13,670 nt of DNA from Promethearchaeota archaeon (lineage in GTDB: Archaea; Asgardarchaeota; Lokiarchaeia; Sigyniarchaeales; SOKP01), in NCBI GenBank assembly GCA_019058015.1, contig JAHLWH010000057.1:1-13670 (forward strand). Reading direction: 5' to 3'. The position numbers and the translations under genes are program-made. How positions within the stretch are numbered: position 1 is the stretch's first letter; each line of letters opens with the position of its first letter. Positions 6,874-13,670 of the stretch are shown piece by piece. A model generated the notes under the pieces. That model saw only the letters and a list, made by a program, of their open reading frames with translations. It was not told the origin of the DNA and searched no databases.

Positions 6874-8004
6874 TTATTTACTATTGTTACTATTTAAAGA
6901 AGGAACAAATTCAAACGTTTTAAGCAATATTTTTTTTGCATCATCAAAAGCAGATGTATCAATTGCATTATTTAAATCCATATAAGATTTTAATTCATTT
7001 TTATATTTTTCAATAAACTGCTCCATGAATGACTTCGTAGCTTTTTTGAAAACATTGGTACTCTTATTTACTATGAGGAGAATAGCAAATCCATACTCTC
7101 TATTATATTCTAAGATTATCTCTCGATCTTTTAATTTAATCGAAGTAATCTGGTCTTTTGCAGTGCTGAATTCTGAGAGAATATGATTTATTCCGATAAG
7201 GACAGCCCCCTTTATAGTTGATGTTTCTTTTCTCTCGTTTTTTTCAAAATCATAACTAAATAACATTATCCCCGATTTATGAAAAACAACAAATTCATAA
7301 GCAATATTGAAGAATGATAAATACTTAGTATAATATTTTAAAAAAACATAGTAGCTAAAAAGAACTCCAATCCAATTAAACAAAAGAGAAAAACTTGAAA
7401 ATAAATACGGATTTAAATATTGTAGAATTAGATAAAATGTTATCATTAAAATAATCATTGTATTAGGAATTATATAATACACCCTTAATCTTCTCTTTTT
7501 CGTTTTAAATTTTAATACAGATAAAAAATTATAATTAAGTTTTAGAAGAATAAAAATTAAGAGAATGATTCCGCTAATAAGGTAATTAAAACTTATTTCT
7601 ACTACATAGTATGAAAGTGAATCAATTATTAATGTAGAAATAATGAAAGTTTCATCCATAAGAGTAAGTGAAATAATGTAGCCACTTAGGGTAAAAATTA
7701 TTAAATTAAGAAAAATATTAAATCTTTTAAGATCTAAAGTTTCAATTCCAATAACTATCAAAACTCCTGAACATATAAGTAAATTTGAACTAATTCTCCA
7801 TAACAACAGAGTAAAATCTACTTTAAAAATTGCTATTAAACTAAGATATTTAAGTAAAGGATAGATAATTCCATAATTAATAAGAAAAATAGTTGATATA
7901 AAGAGGAATTTAATTTTTAAATTATGAAATCTCTTTATGTGAGAATAAATTGTTATAACTGAGATAACTATACTTAAAATTACTCCGATTAAATAAATGA
8001 TCAT
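6874..8004 (-). CDS. Seven-TM membrane domain fused to a C-terminal cytoplasmic longin domain
   Basis: About 7 hydrophobic ~20-aa segments in residues 1-225. Residues ~233-368 (EFVVFHKSGIMLFSYDF / AVLIGINHILSEF / ITSIKLKDREIILE / FAILLIV / FMEQFIEKY / FDDAKKIL) follow the longin beta-beta-alpha-beta-beta-beta-alpha-alpha pattern. Confidence 0.78.
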   Translation of the reverse strand: MIIYLIGVILSIVISVITIYSHIKRFHNLKIKFLFISTIFLINYGIIYPLLKYLSLIAIFKVDFTLLLWRISSNLLICSGVLIVIGIETLDLKRFNIFLNLIIFTLSGYIISLTLMDETFIISTLIIDSLSYYVVEISFNYLISGIILLIFILLKLNYNFLSVLKFKTKKRRLRVYYIIPNTMIILMITFYLILQYLNPYLFSSFSLLFNWIGVLFSYYVFLKYYTKYLSFFNIAYEFVVFHKSGIMLFSYDFEKNERKETSTIKGAVLIGINHILSEFSTAKDQITSIKLKDREIILEYNREYGFAILLIVNKSTNVFKKATKSFMEQFIEKYKNELKSYMDLNNAIDTSAFDDAKKILLKTFEFVPSLNSNNSK

Positions 8005-8162
8005 CGTTCTTTACGTAATTGGGCTATTTTACAATATTATGATAGATTTCTATATATTAATAAGATATATCATATATTTAAATAAATGCATTTTAAATTT
8101 TTTTATAGTTTTAATCATTTTTAGAAAAAATTAATAAAAATAATAAGATTTTCGAAATATTA

Positions 8163-8199
8163 TTAACTTTTATATAAAAAAAAAGTTAAATTTTTAACT
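8163..8199. promoter_or_regulatory. TATA-like box enclosed by overlapping inverted repeats in a divergent promoter region
   Basis: TTAACTTTT (8163-8171) and AAAAGTTAA (8181-8189) flank TTTTATATAAA. AGTTAAA (8184-8190) and TTTAACT (8193-8199) form a second dyad. Confidence 0.3.
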
Positions 8200-8238
8200 A
8201 AATTGTGAATTGAATTAAAGAAAGCAAAAATACTTATA

Positions 8239-9183
8239 ATGAAAGTAGTAATTACAGGAATATCATCCTTTCTTGCATCAGAATTAGTTCCAATAATTGA
8301 ATCTGATAAAGAGATTACTGAGATTTTAGGATTAGATATAATAGAACCAAAATATACTTCACAAAAGATTAAATTCATTAAAAAAGACATTCGAGATAAG
8401 AGAATTTTTAAAGATTTAAGAGGATATGACGCAATCATACATTTAGCATTTATTGTAAGCCCAATATCTAATAGGAGAGAGATGTATTCTATAAATTTAG
8501 ATGGAAGTAAAAATGTTTTCAATTGCGCAATAAAAGCTGGCATAAAAAAGATTATTCATGCAAGCTCAGTTGCTGCCTATGGTGCCTTCCCAGAAAATCC
8601 GATTCCTATTACTGAAGAACACCCAATTAGATTAATGAAAAAACATTTTTATTATAATGAAACAAAATATTATGTAGAAAAATATCTGGATAAGCTTTCA
8701 AAAAAATACCCAGATGTAATTATTACACGAATTCGTCCCAGTATTTTTTTAGGCCCCTATATTAACAATTTTTTTCGAACCTATTTTCTCGGCAACAAGA
8801 TCTATACATTTTCACCTGATGTTTTAGTACAATTAGCTTGGATTGATGATGTTGCAGAAGCATTTTATTTGGTTTTAAAGAAAGACGTCTCTGGAGCATT
8901 TAATATTGGAGCCGATAATCCTATAAATTCAAGGGAGATTGCTGAAAAATTAGGAATTAATTGCGTTAAATTACCATATCATTTTGGATTATTATTAATA
9001 AACGCTTTATATAAACTTCGTATTCTAAGATCTTTAACACCTGGTTGGATTCGTGCTACAAGATATCCAATAATTGTTGATTCAAGCAAGGCAAAACAAG
9101 TTTTGGGCTGGACTCCAAAATATGATACTTATGGATCTGTAAAAGCATTATATGATGCTCTAAAAGAGAGTAGAGAAATTTGA
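8239..9183 (+). CDS. Extended SDR NAD-dependent epimerase/dehydratase
   Basis: MKVVITG Rossmann start, IIHLAF, NLDGSKNV, SSVAAYG (catalytic Ser), YNETK (YxxxK), RPSIFLGP, DDVAEA, GAFNIG, LGWTPKY. Confidence 0.9.
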   Translation: MKVVITGISSFLASELVPIIESDKEITEILGLDIIEPKYTSQKIKFIKKDIRDKRIFKDLRGYDAIIHLAFIVSPISNRREMYSINLDGSKNVFNCAIKAGIKKIIHASSVAAYGAFPENPIPITEEHPIRLMKKHFYYNETKYYVEKYLDKLSKKYPDVIITRIRPSIFLGPYINNFFRTYFLGNKIYTFSPDVLVQLAWIDDVAEAFYLVLKKDVSGAFNIGADNPINSREIAEKLGINCVKLPYHFGLLLINALYKLRILRSLTPGWIRATRYPIIVDSSKAKQVLGWTPKYDTYGSVKALYDALKESREI

Positions 9184-9188
9184 TAATT

Positions 9189-10250
9189 TTATTTTGATTT
9201 CTTTTTTCCTTCGAGGATGGCCATTCCCATTTCAATCACCTTGTTAAAGGGCTCCTCTCCGTCTTCTCTTAATTGTAAAGTTATCGCCTCCTCAGGACAA
9301 ACTCTATAACATAGTCCGCAACCAAGGCATTTATCCCTATTTACAATAGCAATATCTTCTAAATCAATTGCTCCAACTGGGCATCGGTCTACGCAGAATC
9401 CACAACTAATACATTTCTCAGTATCAATGATGGATTCAAATATTGCATTTAAAAATCTGTGTTTATCATAACCAAATTTAATTATTCCTTTCATAGTAGC
9501 GCAACAACATGGACAACAATTACAAATATTGGATAAATGTTTAGAGTTTGCACTAGCATGAATTAAACCGGCATTATCTGCTTCTTCTAAAATCTTTATA
9601 GCCTCCTCTGCTGTTATTTCTCTTCCTATATTATTTTCAATATAATATTCTGCAGCGACTCCGAAGCTAAGGCATGTTTCTATTGGATATTCACAGCCCT
9701 CCCCATTTAGTCTAGATTCCTTCCGGCAAATGCAATCCGTCACAGAAATTATTCGCGCTTTTTTAATGCTTTCTTTGAGATGGTGATATGGATAAAGTAT
9801 AGTATCAGTGGATATAGTTTCATCTACGGGAATTACCTTAAAACCTGGCACATTACTTGCCCCCATTTCATTTACGTAAGCAGTATCGTAGTATTCCTTA
9901 TAGAGTTTAGCAAGCTCCTTATCGATTTTTTCAACAGAATATTCATATAAACCGATCATGAAAGGTGCAGCATTATAAAGCGTTTTTCCTTCCCGATGAA
10001 CTCGAAAGATAAGCCCTTTTTTCGCCATATGCTCTAATTTATCTTCCAATTCTCTTTCTTCCAGTTTATATCGTTGCGTTATTCGAGCAACTGTTTCTGG
10101 AATGTGTGTCAATAGTGGAACCAATTTTGCTTCATCCTCTGTGAAAAGTTTCTTTAATATCTTAATTTCTATTCCAGATGATGTTTTAGGAAATCCCAAT
10201 GGGAATTGATCTAAAAATTCTTGTAACTTCTCATAAACTTCTTCATTCAA
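9189..10250 (-). CDS. Cys-rich Fe-S protein: N-terminal wHTH-like region, CxCR/CNCC domain and a 2x[4Fe-4S] ferredoxin domain
   Basis: DCICRK, CEYPIETC, ICNCCPCCC, CISCGFCVDRCP, CLGCGLCYRVCP. The TTG start at 10250 overlaps the upstream gene by 8 nt and is preceded by GGTGT. Confidence 0.88.
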   Translation of the reverse strand: MNEEVYEKLQEFLDQFPLGFPKTSSGIEIKILKKLFTEDEAKLVPLLTHIPETVARITQRYKLEERELEDKLEHMAKKGLIFRVHREGKTLYNAAPFMIGLYEYSVEKIDKELAKLYKEYYDTAYVNEMGASNVPGFKVIPVDETISTDTILYPYHHLKESIKKARIISVTDCICRKESRLNGEGCEYPIETCLSFGVAAEYYIENNIGREITAEEAIKILEEADNAGLIHASANSKHLSNICNCCPCCCATMKGIIKFGYDKHRFLNAIFESIIDTEKCISCGFCVDRCPVGAIDLEDIAIVNRDKCLGCGLCYRVCPEEAITLQLREDGEEPFNKVIEMGMAILEGKKKSK

Positions 10251-12057
10251 GCTTTTTTACACCGCGTTTATATTGTAGATTCATACTAAATTTAATGAAA
10301 AAATCAAAAATAAAATTTCCAATAATTAAAAGTGGAAAAAAATACGCAGTTAATAAGCTTCCTAATAAAGTTAAATCTCTGACTTTCCTTTTTTCATGAA
10401 TTATTTTAGGGAATAATTTAGTTATCAATTTTTTTTCATTTTTCTCACTAACTATACCCTTTCGGTTGAATCCTTGTTGATATTGATTTATTCTAACTAA
10501 AGAGCGGAAATCTCTATAAATCCAAATAAACCAGCCAGCTAAATAATCTTTTGAATTAAGTGTGCGAATTGTGTATTCAATGGTGAGAACTTGTTTTTCC
10601 TCGCTAAATTTAACTTGTTTATTCCAACCCGGTTTAAAACCATATTTTGCTCCAGCCCCAAATTCTGTAAATATCCAGGGTTTTTTTGGTGATAAAGACC
10701 TCATAGCATCTGCCATAAAATTAAGTTGATTAACTCTTGCATAATACCATCCAAGATAAACATTTACTGCAGCAATATCAGCCTTCCTATGAGTTAAATC
10801 AATGAAGAACTTATATGAAACATAGGTTACAAGTCTTGTATTATCATACATTTTTACCCATTCCATTAAACGCCTTATAAATCGTGAGCAGTTTGGTTGC
10901 TGTATTGGAATTTCGTTTCCGACACTCCACCAGATAACACTTGGATGATTATAATCCCTCTCAATTAATCTTTTTAACATTTTCGCAGCTAACTTAAATG
11001 TTTTTGGATTTCCGAAATCACAAAAGCCCCAAAGAGGAATTTCCTCTAAAATTAATATCCCTAACTTATCAGCGGCATCCATTAATTTTTCATCATGAGA
11101 ATAATGTGCAGTTCTTAAAGCATTGAATCCGAAAGATTTCATATTCTTAATATCTTCTTCACGCTTTTCATACGTAATAGTTCTCCCGTATGGCATATAC
11201 TCTTCATGTAATGAAGCACCCTTAATTTTAATTCGTTGCTTATTCAAATAGAGATATATTCCCTTAGTTTCAATTTGCCGAATTCCAAATTTAGTTTGAA
11301 AAAGAATTTCTCTTTCATTCCCACTATCTATTGATTTAATTATCAATTTATATAATTTTGGTGAATCTGGAGACCATAACTTAGGATTATTTATCGGGAT
11401 TGCTATATTATCTTGATTTGGTTTTGTTCCAGAAACTATTGGCATATTATCATTTCTTTTATCTGGTTCAATTATTGACCATTTGAAATTTAAAGAACCT
11501 TTAATTCTATATGAAATCCGAATTAGAGACTTTTTTCGTGAAGGTAGTAGTGTCTTAATTCTTACTTTCTCTAATCGATTTTTCTTTAAAATAATTAAAT
11601 TGACATCCCGATAAATACCGCCCCAATTAAACCAATCAAAAAATAGACTGGGAATTCCATCTTTTCTTCTAATATTATCTACTCTAACTGTTAAAAAATT
11701 AGATTTAGCTTTTAATAGAGTTGAGTTTTTTATTTTAAATCTAAAAGGAAGAAAACCTCCTTCATTATCGCCAAGAAATTCATTGTTAAGCCACACTTCA
11801 GTAAAATAATTACTTCCCTCGAATTTAATAAAAATATCCGTATCTTTATTCTGTTGATCAAAATCAAATAAAATATAATGCCAAAAAATACCCTCAAAAT
11901 TCTCGTACTCTTTCAAAGTGTTAAAACTAATAGGGATTTTTATTTTAGTTAGATTTTTTTTAGATTCAAAAGAGTTATAATTAAACCAATTTTCTTTCTT
12001 ACCAATATCTTTTTTATCAACTTCACAAAACCAATTCCCATTTAAAGAGATTTTCAT
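10243..12057 (-). CDS. Glycoside hydrolase family 2, beta-glucuronidase-like
   Basis: SLNGNW, DWFNWGGIYRDV, PKLWSP, FGIR, RTAHY, RDYNHPSVIWWSVGNE (acid/base Glu), NVYLGWY, FTEFGA (nucleophile Glu), and the NxKG motif NRKG (10456-10467) typical of uronic-acid-specific GH2 enzymes. Confidence 0.9.
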   Translation of the reverse strand: MKISLNGNWFCEVDKKDIGKKENWFNYNSFESKKNLTKIKIPISFNTLKEYENFEGIFWHYILFDFDQQNKDTDIFIKFEGSNYFTEVWLNNEFLGDNEGGFLPFRFKIKNSTLLKAKSNFLTVRVDNIRRKDGIPSLFFDWFNWGGIYRDVNLIILKKNRLEKVRIKTLLPSRKKSLIRISYRIKGSLNFKWSIIEPDKRNDNMPIVSGTKPNQDNIAIPINNPKLWSPDSPKLYKLIIKSIDSGNEREILFQTKFGIRQIETKGIYLYLNKQRIKIKGASLHEEYMPYGRTITYEKREEDIKNMKSFGFNALRTAHYSHDEKLMDAADKLGILILEEIPLWGFCDFGNPKTFKLAAKMLKRLIERDYNHPSVIWWSVGNEIPIQQPNCSRFIRRLMEWVKMYDNTRLVTYVSYKFFIDLTHRKADIAAVNVYLGWYYARVNQLNFMADAMRSLSPKKPWIFTEFGAGAKYGFKPGWNKQVKFSEEKQVLTIEYTIRTLNSKDYLAGWFIWIYRDFRSLVRINQYQQGFNRKGIVSEKNEKKLITKLFPKIIHEKRKVRDLTLLGSLLTAYFFPLLIIGNFIFDFFIKFSMNLQYKRGVKKLE

Positions 12058-12111
12058 AATTTATTTATCATCATGAATTTTTCTATATTTATATTTAAGA
12101 AGTAATATGAG

Positions 12112-12213
12112 GGCCCTCTGCGGGAATCGAACCCGCCTCTAGGGATGACTCTGTAATTCTGAAGTAGAAATTACTTCACAGTCCCCAATACTAACCGCTG
12201 TACCAAGAGGGCC
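12112..12213 (-). tRNA. trnH: tRNA-His(GTG) with encoded G-1 and a 29-nt intron at the canonical 37/38 position (intron 12147-12175); CCA not encoded
   Basis: The minus strand folds as G(-1) GCCCTCT TG GTAC AGCGGTTA GTAT T GGGGA CT GTG A [intron] A TCCCT AGAG GCGGG TTCGATT CCCGC AGAGGGC C73. G-1:C73 is the His identity pair. The exon-intron junctions show bulge-helix-bulge geometry. Confidence 0.92.
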
Positions 12214-12344
12214 ATAACTAATAACTACTACATTTAAGAATGTATTCTACTTAAAAAATTTTTTTGGAATGAATAGAAGAATCACTGTATTTATCTTATT
12301 AAATTTAAGAGAAATATACTTAAAAAAAACTTGCGTGAATATTT

Positions 12345-12359
12345 AAAGAAAAAAGAAAA
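12345..12359 (-). terminator. Oligo-T tract, putative terminator after the kce-like gene
   Basis: The minus strand reads TTTTCTTTTTTCTTT directly after the stop at 12363. Confidence 0.45.
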
Positions 12360-12362
12360 TTA

Positions 12363-13220
12363 TTAATATTTCCTTGGAAGTTGCATAATTTCTTTGGCTT
12401 CATCCAAATCTGCGATTTCCCGATCCAATTCTTTTGCTAGGCGAACACATTTTTCTACCATTTGCTTATTACTTTCTGCAAGGACTCCTCTCGAAATATA
12501 GATATTGTCTTCGAGACCGCATCTTACATTACCTCCTAAAAGGATAGCTTGAGTAATTAACCGCCATTGATGTCTGCCAATCCCAGTGACACACCATGTA
12601 GCCCTTGGAATCTTTTCGATAAGATTCTTCATATACATGAGATTTTCCATTGTCGGAGCCGCTCCTCCTAAAACGCCCAGTACAATATTATAATTTAAAG
12701 GATCATGAAAATGTCCTTGTTCTCTTACAAAGAGGATATTATTTATTTGTCCAACATCATATACTTCAAATTCAGGGGCTGTACCCGCTTCTTTAAATGT
12801 ATCTCCAAAATGTCCTAAAGTTTCAAATTTATTTGGAAATATAATTTCCTTTAAAATTGTTGTTCCTCTTGCAAGAGCAAAATTCATTGATCCAGAATTT
12901 AGGGACCCCATCTCAGGTTTGCATATAGGAATATGTCCCAATCTTTGCTCAAGAGTCATGCCAGGAGCCCCCCCAGTAGATAAACATAGAAGTACATCAC
13001 ATTTTTCTTTTACTCTTTTGACAATGTCCTGAAACACTTCAGGAGAAGCAGTTGGTGTGCCATCAGGCATTCTAGCATGTATATGGACCATTGTCGCCCC
13101 TGCTTCATAACAAGCATAAGCGTTATTTGCTAATTCTTCCGGAGTATGTGGAAGCGCAGGATTCTGTGCTCGAGAAGTGAGTGATCCTGTTAATGCGCAA
13201 GTTATAACTAATTTTTCCAA
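12363..13220 (-). CDS. kce: 3-keto-5-aminohexanoate cleavage enzyme / beta-keto acid cleavage enzyme (BKACE, DUF849) family
   Basis: KLVITCALTG, NPALPHTPEE, zinc-binding HIHAR, STGG, PEMGSLNSGSMNF, PEFEVYD, GGNVRCGLEDN. The start is likely the TTG at 13220, because the ORF-track GTG at 13229 lies inside the AGGTGAT Shine-Dalgarno motif (13225-13231). The substrate subgroup cannot be determined here. Confidence 0.88.
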   Translation of the reverse strand: MEKLVITCALTGSLTSRAQNPALPHTPEELANNAYACYEAGATMVHIHARMPDGTPTASPEVFQDIVKRVKEKCDVLLCLSTGGAPGMTLEQRLGHIPICKPEMGSLNSGSMNFALARGTTILKEIIFPNKFETLGHFGDTFKEAGTAPEFEVYDVGQINNILFVREQGHFHDPLNYNIVLGVLGGAAPTMENLMYMKNLIEKIPRATWCVTGIGRHQWRLITQAILLGGNVRCGLEDNIYISRGVLAESNKQMVEKCVRLAKELDREIADLDEAKEIMQLPRKY

Positions 13221-13446
13221 TATTATCACCTTAAAAATTTTTTGATTTAAATTATGATTTTTTTTATTAGATTTATTTATATAACATTGTTTATCCTAAA
13301 AAATCTATATAATTTTTTGAAATTTAAGAAATTAGAATGATTTGTATTTCTATGATTTCTGCAATTTGGACAAATCTGGAATTTTCTTTTAAAGAAGAAG
13401 AAAATACCATCTGCACATGCATATATTTATACGTTTTTCAATTTCG

Positions 13447-13487
13447 AATTATACAAAGATATAAATCTAATTATACAAGGATATAAA
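13447..13487. repeat. Two 19-bp direct repeats (18/19 identical, 22-bp period), each with TTATA-N6-TATAA dyad symmetry
   Basis: AATTATACAAAGATATAAA (13447-13465) and AATTATACAAGGATATAAA (13469-13487). Confidence 0.75.
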
Positions 13488-13670
13488 CTTGTGAAATATG
13501 ATAGAAACTTAATGCAGAGAGTTGAAAATGAAAAAATTTCTGCAAATTCACGATTTATTCAAATTATAAATCTTCGCCCACTTTCTAAATCTCAATGCGT
13601 TCGATTATGAGCTGTATTTGAACATATAAAGAAAAACGTATAGAGAGATGATGCATTACTGTTAAAAATG

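Noticed and set aside
9181-9191. TGA stop of the SDR as selenocysteine readthrough, and the 5-bp gap between convergent genes
   Set aside because: The TGA is immediately followed by TAA at a natural C-terminus. Tight convergent packing is ordinary in compact archaeal genomes.
2951-10399. Short ORFs 2951-3157(-), 3191-3598(-), 4593-4790(+), 8163-8543(-), 10199-10399(+)
   Set aside because: They overlap real genes on the opposite strand and have shadow-ORF composition with no domain features.
3070-12057. PMI-like, IPS-like, SDR and GH2 genes as a single sugar/inositol/uronate pathway cluster
   Set aside because: The genes alternate in strand, are interrupted by unrelated genes, and share no visible regulatory motif. 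Co-location alone is not enough.
12058-12130. tRNA-His 3' end as an integration (att) site
   Set aside because: I saw no duplicated tRNA 3' segment, integrase or compositional shift in the window.
13447-13487. Direct repeats as a CRISPR array
   Set aside because: Only two full units with a 3-bp gap, no spacers and no cas genes.
13230-13670. Small ORFs or a pseudogene at the right end (e.g. a minus-strand frame containing ICPNC; plus-strand MQRVENEK...)
   Set aside because: All are short and lack a good start/RBS or recognisable homology, so they cannot be supported without flanking sequence.

Overview
A very AT-rich, gene-dense archaeal chromosomal window, most consistent with an Asgard (Lokiarchaeia-like) genome. 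That inference rests on an Arf/Rag-like small GTPase, two longin-like proteins, an intron-containing tRNA, GGTGA-type ribosome-binding sites and oligo-T terminators. From left to right it holds: a 5'-truncated tungsten aldehyde:ferredoxin oxidoreductase (+); a two-gene unit of small GTPase plus uDENN/longin-winged-helix protein (-); a PMI-like cupin (+); two tandem zinc-ribbon/RDD paralogs (-); a divergent inositol-1-phosphate synthase homolog (+); a 7TM-longin fusion (-); an extended SDR epimerase (+); a Cys-rich Fe-S protein overlapping a GH2 beta-glucuronidase-like gene (-); tRNA-His(GTG) with a 29-nt intron (-); a Kce/BKACE enzyme (-); and a non-coding tail with 22-bp-phased palindromic repeats. 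The best candidate for an undescribed system is the GTPase, whose stop codon directly abuts the start of the longin-wHTH gene. That partner carries an NPRL2/FLCN/SMCR8-like candidate arginine finger, suggesting a minimal GTPase-GAP switch linked to a DNA-binding fold. All family assignments are by-eye motif recognition; no searches were run.
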